NCBI GenBank assembly: GCA_965204345.1
Contig: OZ241981.1
Span: 1,184,001 to 1,248,000 of the forward strand
Reading direction: 5' to 3'
Length of the DNA stretch: 64,000 nucleotides
Source of the DNA: Nitrosopumilus sp.
GTDB taxonomy: Archaea > Thermoproteota > Nitrososphaeria > Nitrososphaerales > Nitrosopumilaceae
The position numbers and the translations under genes were made by a program. Below, piece after piece: positions 9,661 to 18,835 of this stretch. The notes below the pieces were generated by a model. The model was not told the DNA's origin, searched no databases, and saw nothing but the letters and a program-made list of their open reading frames with translations. The stretch's first letter is position 1, and each line of letters begins with the position of its first letter.

Positions 9661-11124
9661 TTATTGGAATGGATCTATGAACGGAGAATTCACTATGTAA
9701 TCACTGTTTATAGGTCGTGCAATGCTTACTGACAGCATGTCATCTGCTCGAAATGAATCAATATCAGATTTTGTTTCAAGAATTTTTGCAGATTCGGAAT
9801 TATTCCATTCAACTAGATAAATTCTCCACATCGGACTATAATTTTCATCACCGAGCGCAGCTGCGGCAATTCCTGGCTGAAATCCTAATGATCCAGAACC
9901 AAGAATTCCATTTTTGAATTGGAACAAATCAGCTGCTGCCGAACTAGCAATAAGATTGGCAGAGCTTGGAGATGATGCAACTCCCATTGATTCGGCAGTA
10001 CCTCCAGGAGTTGCGTCTGTAACGATATAGTAAATAGTTCGTCCATCAGGGCCCCAACCTCTGTGAGCCACAAATGTCACAGTCATTTCTTCCTCATTGA
10101 TCTCAGTTATTTGACCGCCGCTGTAAGACATTTCATCGGTAATTTCTTTATCAGCACGAACTATCATTTGTCCATCTGGCCAACTGATTTGAGGAGCATT
10201 TAGTATTACTCCTGTTTCATTGAATTCAATTCTGCCGCCTTCCTCAGCTGCAATTATATCTGCTGCTGATGTAAATTCAATTTCTCTTTGTCCGGCTTTC
10301 CACGTAACTTCAATTATGGAACTTAGTGCACTATATTCTGATTCTTGTGAAGGTGTATGGGAAATTACTTCATTTTGAAATCCATAAATTCCATCACCCT
10401 TGACTCCATTTTTGAAAATAAATAATTTTTGTAAAATATTTTCAGGAACACTTGCAAGTAATGGGGCAGCTTCCACTTTCCACTCTTGCCTCTCAGAGAT
10501 TGTTTTTGCATAATCTTCATCACTGCTATCAGTAATGATGTACAGAACTTGATTGCCCTCATAGATTCCTTTATGCATTGGAATTACGGCTGGAACACTT
10601 GTTCTTGATAATAATGATGATGGCTCTTCTTTTTCTAGTTCAATTTTTTGCATGATTACTTCTGTTGGCTGTCCCCTAATCCAGCCGTCAACACTTACAG
10701 TGGAGGTAAATTCTTTAGAATCAGGAGAATGTAGTCCTAGGGCAGCTCCTGTAAATTCAAATGAGCCTGAATTTTTTTGTAGATCAATTAATGATAAACC
10801 ATAGATTGTTTTTCCATCCACTGTCCATGTGGGTTGGCCTTTTGATTCCTGAGGACTAATCTCATGTAAAACTATAATTTGTACAGGCTCACTTGAGGTA
10901 AATGTCATAGAGCCGTCATATATTGTTCCCTCATTAGGAGATAGGATTAATGCGAGTTGGTGATTTTCATGTCCTTGACCCGGATCTTGTGAAGAAACTA
11001 TAGTTTCAGTAAAATGGATTTTTTTTCTTGAACCTGCATCAACTAATTGATCAGATGCTGAGGATGCAAAAATTATGCCAATTGTAAAGATCCCAATTAT
11101 TAGCAGAGCTGAAAGTTTTTTCAA
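9661..11124 (-). CDS. Secreted protein with two internal repeat domains, unknown function
   Basis: Signal peptide; repeated units YIITDSS...FKNG...GFQ...YS and YIVTDAT...FKNG...GFQ...YSP. Confidence 0.7.
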   Translation of the reverse strand: MKKLSALLIIGIFTIGIIFASSASDQLVDAGSRKKIHFTETIVSSQDPGQGHENHQLALILSPNEGTIYDGSMTFTSSEPVQIIVLHEISPQESKGQPTWTVDGKTIYGLSLIDLQKNSGSFEFTGAALGLHSPDSKEFTSTVSVDGWIRGQPTEVIMQKIELEKEEPSSLLSRTSVPAVIPMHKGIYEGNQVLYIITDSSDEDYAKTISERQEWKVEAAPLLASVPENILQKLFIFKNGVKGDGIYGFQNEVISHTPSQESEYSALSSIIEVTWKAGQREIEFTSAADIIAAEEGGRIEFNETGVILNAPQISWPDGQMIVRADKEITDEMSYSGGQITEINEEEMTVTFVAHRGWGPDGRTIYYIVTDATPGGTAESMGVASSPSSANLIASSAAADLFQFKNGILGSGSLGFQPGIAAAALGDENYSPMWRIYLVEWNNSESAKILETKSDIDSFRADDMLSVSIARPINSDYIVNSPFIDPFQ

Positions 11125-11162
11125 TGAGTAATCTTAAGACTGTCCCCTTAAATGATTTTATC

Positions 11163-12566
11163 TTAATTGATTTTATCTAGTGCAAATTCATTATGTAAAG
11201 CACGTACAGCTGCATTGGTATCAGAATTTTTTACAACAAAAGCCAGATTAAGCTCAGAAGAGCCCTGTGTGATCATTGATACATTTACTTTATTTTTCTC
11301 AATTGCGCCAAAAACTTTCGAAGCAACGCCTACAGTTCCCCTCATTCCTGATCCAATTAGTGCAATTATGGCGACATTTGTGGTAATATCTAATTTTTTG
11401 ATAATCTTGCCCAATAGCTCCAGTTCTAACGCACTAACAGCTTTATCAAGATCAGTGTTTTTAACTACAATTGTAATGCTTGATTCAGATGGATTTTGAG
11501 AGATCATCATTACGTTGATTCCAGCTTTTGCTAGTGTTGCAAATATTTTTGCTGCAGTTCCAGGAGTTCCTACCATACTGCCTCCTTGAACATCAATTAA
11601 CCCGTTATTTCGTACATTACTGACACATTTTACCGTATTTTTTACAGATGGGGATGTTGAGGCCGAAACTAGGGTCCCTTCATTTTTGATATTGAAGGAA
11701 TTTCTAATTTTCATTGGGATTTTCTTTGTGAGCAGAGGTTCAAATGTACGTGGGTGTATTTGCTTTGCACCAAACAGAGCCATTTCAATTGCTTCAATGT
11801 ATGATACCTCTTTGAGTAATTTTGCATTTTTTACAATTTTTGGATCTGCTGTCATCAGTCCATCTACATCACTCATTAACCAGATCTCATCTGCTTTTAT
11901 GCAAGAACCTATAATTGTCGCAGAATAATCAGAACCGCCCCTGCCAAACGTGGTTACATGCCCATGCTGATCAGCGCCGACAAATCCTCCTACAACAGGT
12001 ACTGTTCCCTTTGAAAATAAGGCATCTACAGTTTTTGATACTCGTAATCTGGTTGTATCTATTAGCGGTTTTGACTCACCAAAGTTTGAATCAGTGACAA
12101 TTCCTACTTCCTTACCGGTAAGAGGAATTGATTTTTTTCCAGAATCCGCGATTGCCGATGAGATTAATTTTATAGATAGTCTTTCTCCGAATGAAAATAG
12201 GTAATCCATTGTTCTAGGAGTTACTTCTCCCAACAATACCATTCCGTCAATTAGTGCAACAAGTTCATCAAAATCTTGATCAAACTTTGAAAGTAATTTC
12301 TTTCTCAGATCAGATTTTTTGATAGTTTGTTTTGCTAATTGTTTGTGTCTATTGATAATTTTTGATGCAAGCTGTTCGGCTTTGGATTTATTTTCTTTTT
12401 TTATGGATTCTGAAATTTCTATTAAATCATCTGTAGTGCCACTTATTGCAGAACATACAACAACAATTTGGTTTTTCTTTGATAATTCATTAAGGTGTGT
12501 AGCTACTGCTTGAATATCTTTTGTGGCAGAAATTGATGTCCCACCATATTTTATTACGAGTCTCAA
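11163..12566 (-). CDS. lysC: Aspartate kinase
   Basis: VIKYGGTS, TTFGRGGSDYSA, DVDGLMTADP and two C-terminal ACT domains. Confidence 0.95.
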   Translation of the reverse strand: MRLVIKYGGTSISATKDIQAVATHLNELSKKNQIVVVCSAISGTTDDLIEISESIKKENKSKAEQLASKIINRHKQLAKQTIKKSDLRKKLLSKFDQDFDELVALIDGMVLLGEVTPRTMDYLFSFGERLSIKLISSAIADSGKKSIPLTGKEVGIVTDSNFGESKPLIDTTRLRVSKTVDALFSKGTVPVVGGFVGADQHGHVTTFGRGGSDYSATIIGSCIKADEIWLMSDVDGLMTADPKIVKNAKLLKEVSYIEAIEMALFGAKQIHPRTFEPLLTKKIPMKIRNSFNIKNEGTLVSASTSPSVKNTVKCVSNVRNNGLIDVQGGSMVGTPGTAAKIFATLAKAGINVMMISQNPSESSITIVVKNTDLDKAVSALELELLGKIIKKLDITTNVAIIALIGSGMRGTVGVASKVFGAIEKNKVNVSMITQGSSELNLAFVVKNSDTNAAVRALHNEFALDKIN

Positions 12567-12601
12567 TCCAAAATATCTGAACTAGTTAATCTTTAAATGC
12601 T

Positions 12602-13348
12602 TTAACTTTCGACGCGCGGAGCCAAGTAAAAGTGAATTCTGCCGATATTTGCCACCTTGAATTCAATTCTAAGCGGTTTTGAGCTTGAGAATTCACATGT
12701 GATTGAGCCTGCATTAGAGCCCACAGCTTTTACTACCGGATTTAGGTATTCAAGACTGTAAGTACCAATACTAGATTCTTTTGAAGATATTTCTTCTATA
12801 TCCTTATCATCCTTATCTAAATCAATTACAACTTCGCCAGAATCGCCTTTTCCTGAAAAATCTCCTTTTGAATCTGATGTTTGTATTGTAAGATAATCAG
12901 ATACGACTTGTACATCACCGAGAATTTTATCAAATTTTGAAGAAGCCAAAATGATTTTTGAGTCATATGGGATTTTTGGTAGCGGTGTATCAGTTGCCGA
13001 ACTTTCAATTAAACGCATTTTGTATTTCTTGTTTTTTCCAACTGTAACAAGCAACATGTTTTGTTCTGAAATACTAATCTCTATACTGTCTTTCTTATCT
13101 GCTCTTTTGATAAGTTTTGAAAATTCGTCAATTCGTACTCCAAATTTGATGTCACTATCACATTCATATTTTTCAAATGCAGAGTTGGGCCAGGAAATAT
13201 CAATAAGAGCAACGTGGGACGGATCCATTCCCCTAAAAGTAATTCCTTCTGCTGTCGCAACAAAAGTTGCTTCTTCAACAAGTGTGGATATTGCAGAAAT
13301 TATAGCTTTTAGATCATCTGAACCGCTTGTCTTTGCGCCAAAAGTCAA
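12602..13348 (-). CDS. pcn: DNA polymerase sliding clamp PCNA
   Basis: GMDPSHVALI and C-terminal FYLAPRVE; likely start TTG 13348 within track ORF 12602..13372. Confidence 0.95.
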   Translation of the reverse strand: MTFGAKTSGSDDLKAIISAISTLVEEATFVATAEGITFRGMDPSHVALIDISWPNSAFEKYECDSDIKFGVRIDEFSKLIKRADKKDSIEISISEQNMLLVTVGKNKKYKMRLIESSATDTPLPKIPYDSKIILASSKFDKILGDVQVVSDYLTIQTSDSKGDFSGKGDSGEVVIDLDKDDKDIEEISSKESSIGTYSLEYLNPVVKAVGSNAGSITCEFSSSKPLRIEFKVANIGRIHFYLAPRVES

Positions 13349-13382
13349 ATCAATTTTCCTGACTATATGCATTTTTTAAGTT

Positions 13383-13700
13383 TTATGTATAGTCACGCCA
13401 AGTGTATTTACATTTTAGACAACGATAGAATCTAGTTGTAGGTTCGTCTGCACTTCTAGTTTGAAACATCCAACCAACTGCTTCATCATGTCCGCATTTT
13501 TCACAATCTATCTTGATTGTCGGTAGAGATTCTTCTCCTTCATTTCCTTCAAAAGCAAGCAGTGAGAAATCAGGTTCTTCTTCAGTAACAGTTTTTTTAG
13601 TTTTTTTTGCTTCTTCACCTTCTGTATAACCGCATTTGGAACATTGAAGAGCAGAACCGTTGTTCTTTAATTTGACCTCACATTTGGGGCAAAATTTCAA
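13383..13700 (-). CDS. tfs: Transcription factor S (TFS/RpoM)
   Basis: Two Zn ribbons (CPKC...CSKC; CEKC...CLKC) and QTRSADEP motif. Confidence 0.93.
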   Translation of the reverse strand: MKFCPKCEVKLKNNGSALQCSKCGYTEGEEAKKTKKTVTEEEPDFSLLAFEGNEGEESLPTIKIDCEKCGHDEAVGWMFQTRSADEPTTRFYRCLKCKYTWRDYT

Positions 13701-13701
13701 T

Positions 13702-13980
13702 CTAATTTACCTTAATTTTAGAATTAAACAGTTGCTTGAACTCTTCGGCCATTTTAATTGCTGATTCGGTAGCCTTTTTGATTTCACCTAGTGGTTTTGA
13801 ACTAGAATTAATTCTCATCCAACATTCATTGGTAAGAGGATGTTTTACAATGACACCTGCAAAATCAATGTTTGATGCTTTTAGTAGCTCATGCTGAATT
13901 ATGTATAAGATTCCTATATCAGTTTCAGTGATAGAAAGGCTGATTTCTTTAGGCTCAGAATTGATCACTTGTGCGTTCAT
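13702..13980 (-). CDS. rpoL: RNA polymerase subunit L (Rpo11)-like protein
   Basis: FAGVIVKHPL motif, size 92 aa, position in the rpoL-tfs-pcn cluster. Confidence 0.8.
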   Translation of the reverse strand: MNAQVINSEPKEISLSITETDIGILYIIQHELLKASNIDFAGVIVKHPLTNECWMRINSSSKPLGEIKKATESAIKMAEEFKQLFNSKIKVN

Positions 13981-14018
13981 GTATTCAGAAAAAGCACTTA
14001 TTGCGGATATAAATCATT

Positions 14019-14567
14019 ATGAGCGTTAAGATGGGAGAAAGCAGAATTTCAGAGATTTCACTAGTAAAAAACAAGGATGAGTACGTATCTGATGAAAATA
14101 TTGAGATAAATGTCCAATTTTCAGTTGAAGGAGACCTTAGAAAAGCCTTCAACGAGGCTAATTGGACCAAGGCCTACAACAATAATGATGTTTCATTCAA
14201 AATGAAATATGGTATAAAATTGACCTCTGGCGGGTTCAGAAAGAAGGAATTGGGAAGGACAATAGACACCTATAGAAAGGCATCAATATTTTGGACAAGA
14301 AATCCAAAATTGGTCAATCCAATCAAAGATAGAAGGATTTGGGTGCAAGTCGCTAAAAACTTTGAGCCATTTATCAGATTATCAGAAGAGGAGGTAAGAG
14401 AAGAGCTGTTTGACTTTGATGAAAAATTTGTATTCAAGGCATCAGATTTAGGAAAAGGCAGACACAAGATCGGAGCTGAAACCTTTGCATCATGGCAAAA
14501 ACATGATTTTACAGAAACAGGAAATGTAAAAAACAGTTCAAATGAAATTGAAGTCACAATCAATTAG
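14019..14567 (+). CDS. Hypothetical protein
   Basis: 182 aa ORF divergent from rpoL; its stop codon lies within the left island repeat. Confidence 0.7.
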   Translation: MSVKMGESRISEISLVKNKDEYVSDENIEINVQFSVEGDLRKAFNEANWTKAYNNNDVSFKMKYGIKLTSGGFRKKELGRTIDTYRKASIFWTRNPKLVNPIKDRRIWVQVAKNFEPFIRLSEEEVREELFDFDEKFVFKASDLGKGRHKIGAETFASWQKHDFTETGNVKNSSNEIEVTIN

Positions 14568-14641
14568 GTACCCTCAAGATTTACTAAAAATAACGACTAG
14601 GAATTTTTAACAGTAATTAAATTGTCTTAATGGCAGTTAGA

Positions 14642-15510
14642 ATGAGTTTTGAAAATTCAGAATAAGCTTTGCAGGAATTTCTTGATTCTTGTTATGCAAT
14701 GTCACATAGTTCTGCAATTGTTAATGGTTACAAAAATGCAATTATAGGTAAAACTAAGGGATTCAGAATCTTTCTTACAAAAAGATAAGATTTGATGAAA
14801 TTAAATTAGTGGTTAGAATAAAAAGCAAAAATTTTGGTGTGTGTCAGATTCTAAAAATTATGTGATTTTTTTAGATAAACCTGTACTAATGCCAAATTCT
14901 ATCAAGCAATTTTTCTATGCTATAAAGGGATATCTTATTCATTTGAGAGTTAACATATATTTAGATAAATGCATATAAGATATCAAACTTCCAGAGATTC
15001 TAAGAAAACGTAAAGAAGCAATAACAAAAAATATTTTGGTTAGAACTTTGGGAGTTGTATCATTTAAGCTTTGAGTTGTATTTCTTGTTGTAATATCATC
15101 AGGAATGAGAATTGGAGAAATTAGTGATCTCAAACTATCAGATATTGATTTTGCATGTACTCCAACTAAAATTAGAATCAGGGCAGAAACTACAAAGACA
15201 AGAGAAGCAAGAAAAATATTTCTTATATCAGAGACAGTAATTGCTCTAAAAGATTATCTCGGAAAATATTTTGATTGAAATGAAATACATGAAAATATTC
15301 ATCTTAAAAATAGAAATATTTTTAGTAGAGCGTCTATTAGAAAATATATTAGAAAAGAGAATATCAATGAACAGAAAGGCATCAGTAGATCTTTTAGAGA
15401 ATATACTTATGAGTAATTAAAGAATATTCCATTTTCATGCTCTAAGAGAGTTTTTCTATAGAATTTTAAGTAGTGTTGCAGACTTAAATTTTGCCCATGT
15501 TCTGATTAGA
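14642..15510 (+). pseudogene. Tyrosine recombinase/integrase pseudogene
   Basis: Manual translation gives SSGMRIGE (box I Arg, ~15096-15119), TKTREAR and HFHALR...FAHVL (box II, from ~15430); multiple in-frame stops and frameshifts; cut off before the catalytic Tyr region by the inverted-repeat element. Confidence 0.88.
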
Positions 15511-15833
15511 CGATTCTGTTGTGTTCATGAAGGATATACATGAATCTGTTTGATCGCACAAGTTTTAATCAAGACATACAAACAGTACTGGTAAATTCCA
15601 GCGATCAGATCATCAAAATTTATCAGAACTGTCCGTTGCATTTACCGTGTTCATCTTAAAATTATCAGGATTTGCTTTGATGTGGTTGTTTTCTCTAGTT
15701 CCTTGATCAATGTCAGAGAAATAATCTCACTACACCAAATGAACATCAGTTTGAAAATCAGGAAACACCTCAAGATTCAACAATGTCTCAGATTTATCTC
15801 TCATGCCTATCCCTCATGAACGCAACAGAATCG
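15511..15833. mobile_element. 323-bp MITE-like element with 33-bp terminal inverted repeats
   Basis: 15511-15543 CGATTCTGTTGTGTTCATGAAGGATATACATGA matches the reverse complement of 15801-15833 (CGATTCTGTTGCGTTCATGAGGGATAGGCATGA) at 29/33 positions; no internal transposase ORF seen. Confidence 0.8.
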
Positions 15834-16037
15834 GCTGTCCATATGCGTCTGATGTGTCTTGCACTGACCTGCATGGTCCGGGCCAGAACTGCTACACCTG
15901 TGCCCTTTTGACGCTGCCATATGATGTATCTGATCTGATCTTCTTTTAGTCTGGTTCTCTTCATTATTCGTGATCGATATATGTGGTAATAATCCCTTGC
16001 ATGAAGCCTGAGCTTAGGCGGACATAATTTTCGTACA
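15833..16037 (-). mobile_element. Left end of an IS481-family element: terminal repeat plus N-terminal HTH fragment of the transposase
   Basis: Minus strand begins TGTACGAAAATTATGTCCGCCTAA at 16037 (TGT end typical of IS481); ATG 15964 gives MKRTRLKEDQIRYIIWQRQKGTGVAVLARTMQVSARHIRRIWTA, truncated at the MITE end; locally higher GC. Confidence 0.7.
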
Positions 16038-16039
16038 AT

Positions 16040-16742
16040 AGAGATTTGTGTCCTCTAACATCAATCATAAATGCTGGAATAGGAAATATAGATGAAGATT
16101 AATCTATATTCAATTCTCTCTTCTTTTTTAATATTATTTCATCAATTTTTGAAGTAGAGAGATCTGGTATTATTTTAATAAAAAAACTAAGTAATCATCT
16201 TGTGTCTGCAGAAATTAATTGTATAGATAGAATTGGAATTTTATTTTGTAATTTCTCTAGTTGATTTTCCATTTTCTCAAATTCTTTATGTTCTTCACTT
16301 TTGAAATCAGGAAACATTTGACAGCTTAGTTTCATTACATGCATGTCAATTTCTTTACTCTTTATTCTAGGTGTATAATCATTAGTTATCAATACATCAT
16401 TATGTTTTTTCGTTCTATGATAAACCCTAAAAATCTGTCATCGTTAAGATTAGAATCTAAACCAACTTAGTTCTAATCAATATCTGGTTCTGTGATATGT
16501 ACTGACAGTTTGACATTTTTTCTTAACTCTTTCTTAGTTATATTATAAGATTCTATCACGGATAGATTTTTTGTTGCTCTCTCAGATATTTTTTGATTAC
16601 CATCAGATTTTTTATTATCTAATTCTTTCAAAACTGTTGAACAAATAATCTCAACTTTATTCGAATCTAATTCTTTGCACCAATCTACACTCAAAATATC
16701 ATAATGCAAAAAAATATGTGTCTAGAGAGCATATTTTATCAT
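16040..16742 (-). pseudogene. PIN-domain (PIN_4-like) protein pseudogene
   Basis: Fragments read MIKYAL*THIFLHYD...VDW...STVLKELDNKK...NDDRFLG...LITNDYTPRIKS, the PIN acidic-motif pattern broken by stops and frameshifts (track ORFs 16473..16709 and 16195..16392 are pieces). Confidence 0.7.
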
Positions 16743-16863
16743 AAAATTACTTATTTTTTATTGGATTATTGCTTTTCTCATGATCGGAAATGCGAGAAAA
16801 CTGCATATTTTGCCTAATTAGACGAATTTATCACTAACTATGTCTTAGTCAATACAAATCATC

Positions 16864-17598
16864 ATGAAAATATTAAAAAGGCTAGATCTCGTAAGATGGG
16901 ATATAATGCTTGAGGCAAGGGAGTATTCGTCAATAACTGTCGCACAACTTCTAGGTCGTCTACTAAATGACATTGAATCAAAAGCTGATCCAGGAGAACT
17001 TTTTGTAAGAGGCTCTTTAAATATTCCATTAACATATCCAAAAGTATCAATAATTGGTTCCAGAAAAGCATCCACACAAGGAATTGCAAATGCTCAAAAA
17101 ATTGCAAAGAAATTGATTGAAAATCAAGTAATTATTGTCAGTGGACTTGCTGAAGGTATTGATACTGCAGCACATGTAACAGCATCAAGCATGAATGGGA
17201 AAACTATTGCTGTAATAGGTACACCATTAGATAAAGTATATCCAAAAATAAATTATGAACTTCAACAAGAATTAGTGAAAAGTCATCTTGTAGTTTCACA
17301 ATTTCCAACAGGTTATCCAATTACTGGGAAAAATTTTGTAATACGAAACAGAACAATGGCACTTATTTCTGATGCTTCAGTAATTGTAGAAGCTGGAAAA
17401 ACAAGTGGGTCAAAACATCAAGGATGGGAAACTCTTAGAATGGGAAGACCGTTATTCATTTGGGAATCTGTTGTGAATGATAAAGAACTAGACTGGCCAA
17501 CAGAAATGATTGAGCATGGAGCAGTAGAATTATCTGATCCATCAGTCATACTTGAAGTACTACCAACACGTTTTGAAGTGATCGATGTGTTTCAATAA
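16864..17598 (+). CDS. dprA: DprA/Smf (SLOG-fold) protein, ShosA-like; real start possibly ATG 16906
   Basis: VSIIGSRKAS, IVSGLAEGIDTAAH, TIAVIGTPLD, FVIRNRTMALIS and VIVEAGKTSGS DprA motifs; short, without the usual SAM or C-terminal wHTH domains. Confidence 0.9.
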   Translation: MKILKRLDLVRWDIMLEAREYSSITVAQLLGRLLNDIESKADPGELFVRGSLNIPLTYPKVSIIGSRKASTQGIANAQKIAKKLIENQVIIVSGLAEGIDTAAHVTASSMNGKTIAVIGTPLDKVYPKINYELQQELVKSHLVVSQFPTGYPITGKNFVIRNRTMALISDASVIVEAGKTSGSKHQGWETLRMGRPLFIWESVVNDKELDWPTEMIEHGAVELSDPSVILEVLPTRFEVIDVFQ

Positions 17599-17603
17599 TA
17601 ATT

Positions 17604-18260
17604 ATGGAAATTACTAATATAGAATTTGGGTCTCTTCTTACGTATTCTCCACGTGGAAGTACCGATGAAGAGGCTCGTTCAAGAACTTTCATGGCGACAT
17701 TGAAGAGTGATGGATGTTTAGAAAAAGAAAAAATCCCAATGACAGAATATATTGCACAGGGAATTAAGAATAATTTAGAAAAACTTCCTTTTGCTCATTT
17801 CTTTAAAGTAAATCCTATTCTTATTCCAACTCCAAGTAGTTCTCATACTAAACCAAATACACTTTGGGTTCCACAACGTTTAGCAATTGCTTTAGTGAAT
17901 AATGGTCTGGGAAAGAAAGTTAGTTCATGTCTTGAACGAACAAAGCCTTTACGTAAATCTCATACAAGCTCTAGTAAAGATAGGCCAAAAGCTCAAGAAC
18001 ATTATGACACAATGGCAGTTCAAAAAGAACTTTCTGAGCCAGATGAGATTTTATTAATAGATGATTTGATAACAAGAGGATCTACATTCGTTGGAGCTGC
18101 AATTAGATTGAGAGATGCATTCCCAAATGCCAATATTCGTGCATTTGCAGGGATAAAAACAATAAGTAAGTCGGAAAATTTTAAGAAAATTTATCATCCA
18201 TGTATAGGAGAAATCAATTTTAACGGTGAAAATTCATTCAATGATTGTATTGAAGAATAA
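17604..18260 (+). CDS. ComF-like phosphoribosyltransferase, ShosT-like
   Basis: LIPTPSS and the PRPP-binding loop ILLIDDLITRGST; 5 bp downstream of dprA. Confidence 0.85.
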   Translation: MEITNIEFGSLLTYSPRGSTDEEARSRTFMATLKSDGCLEKEKIPMTEYIAQGIKNNLEKLPFAHFFKVNPILIPTPSSSHTKPNTLWVPQRLAIALVNNGLGKKVSSCLERTKPLRKSHTSSSKDRPKAQEHYDTMAVQKELSEPDEILLIDDLITRGSTFVGAAIRLRDAFPNANIRAFAGIKTISKSENFKKIYHPCIGEINFNGENSFNDCIEE

Positions 18261-18525
18261 AATTTGATATTGTTCAGTCATAGAATTAGAGAACTAGATT
18301 GCAATTCATATAAACCATAGCTTGATGTCTACTTCCAGCAGTAAATCTATCAAAAATATTGCTTTTTGTGTCATCATTAGGCTCAAAAAATCACAAAATA
18401 GAAAAAAATAGAACTGGTCAACAAATGCAATCCTGTAATATACTAACATGTGATTGGAAAATCAGTTAATATAAAAAATATTCCAGTCAATTAGGGATAT
18501 AAGGAACTTTTTTCTGTAATTAACA

Positions 18526-18678
18526 ATGGCAAAATATGACGGTTTGTTAGGACAACCAATACTTGAAGTTGAAGAACCGGATAAAGAAGGCGGAATTACA
18601 TTTATCTTCAAAGATAACAGGTTTATGTTCATAAAAGCAGTTGATGGTAAGATTGAGACCGTATCAATTCCAGAATAG
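18526..18678 (+). CDS. 50-aa microprotein, paralog 1
   Basis: MAKYDGLLGQPILEVEEPDKEGGITFIFKDNRFMFIKAVDGKIETVSIPE*; TATA-like GATATAAG about 25-30 bp upstream; similar to the next ORF. Confidence 0.75.
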   Translation: MAKYDGLLGQPILEVEEPDKEGGITFIFKDNRFMFIKAVDGKIETVSIPE

Positions 18679-18687
18679 GTGATAAAA

Positions 18688-18834
18688 ATGGAAAAATTTG
18701 ACGCAATCAAAATGCTAGAACTTGTAAGAGTAGAAGATCCTGATTCGGATGGCGGATTGACTTTAATTTTTCAGGAAGACAAGACTTTGAAAATCAGGAT
18801 TGTGGATGGAAGGCTAGTTTCAGAATTTGTGTAA
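18688..18834 (+). CDS. 48-aa microprotein, paralog 2
   Basis: MEKFDAIKMLELVRVEDPDSDGGLTLIFQEDKTLKIRIVDGRLVSEFV*; preceded by archaeal SD-like AGGTGAT. Confidence 0.75.
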   Translation: MEKFDAIKMLELVRVEDPDSDGGLTLIFQEDKTLKIRIVDGRLVSEFV

Positions 18835-18835
18835 A

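Larger units (their letters stand above)
14560..18495. mobile_element. Decayed integrative island flanked by a 9-bp direct repeat TCAATTAGG
   Basis: TCAATTAGG at 14560-14568 and 18487-18495 brackets an integrase pseudogene, IS/MITE remnants, a PIN pseudogene and dprA-PRTase; low coding density against dense flanks. Confidence 0.7.

Noticed and set aside
14939-15133. 64-aa minus-strand ORF
   Set aside because: Antisense to the integrase pseudogene box I region
18462-18710. 82-aa minus-strand ORF in the track
   Set aside because: Shadow of the plus-strand microprotein pair, which has promoter/RBS signals and mutual similarity
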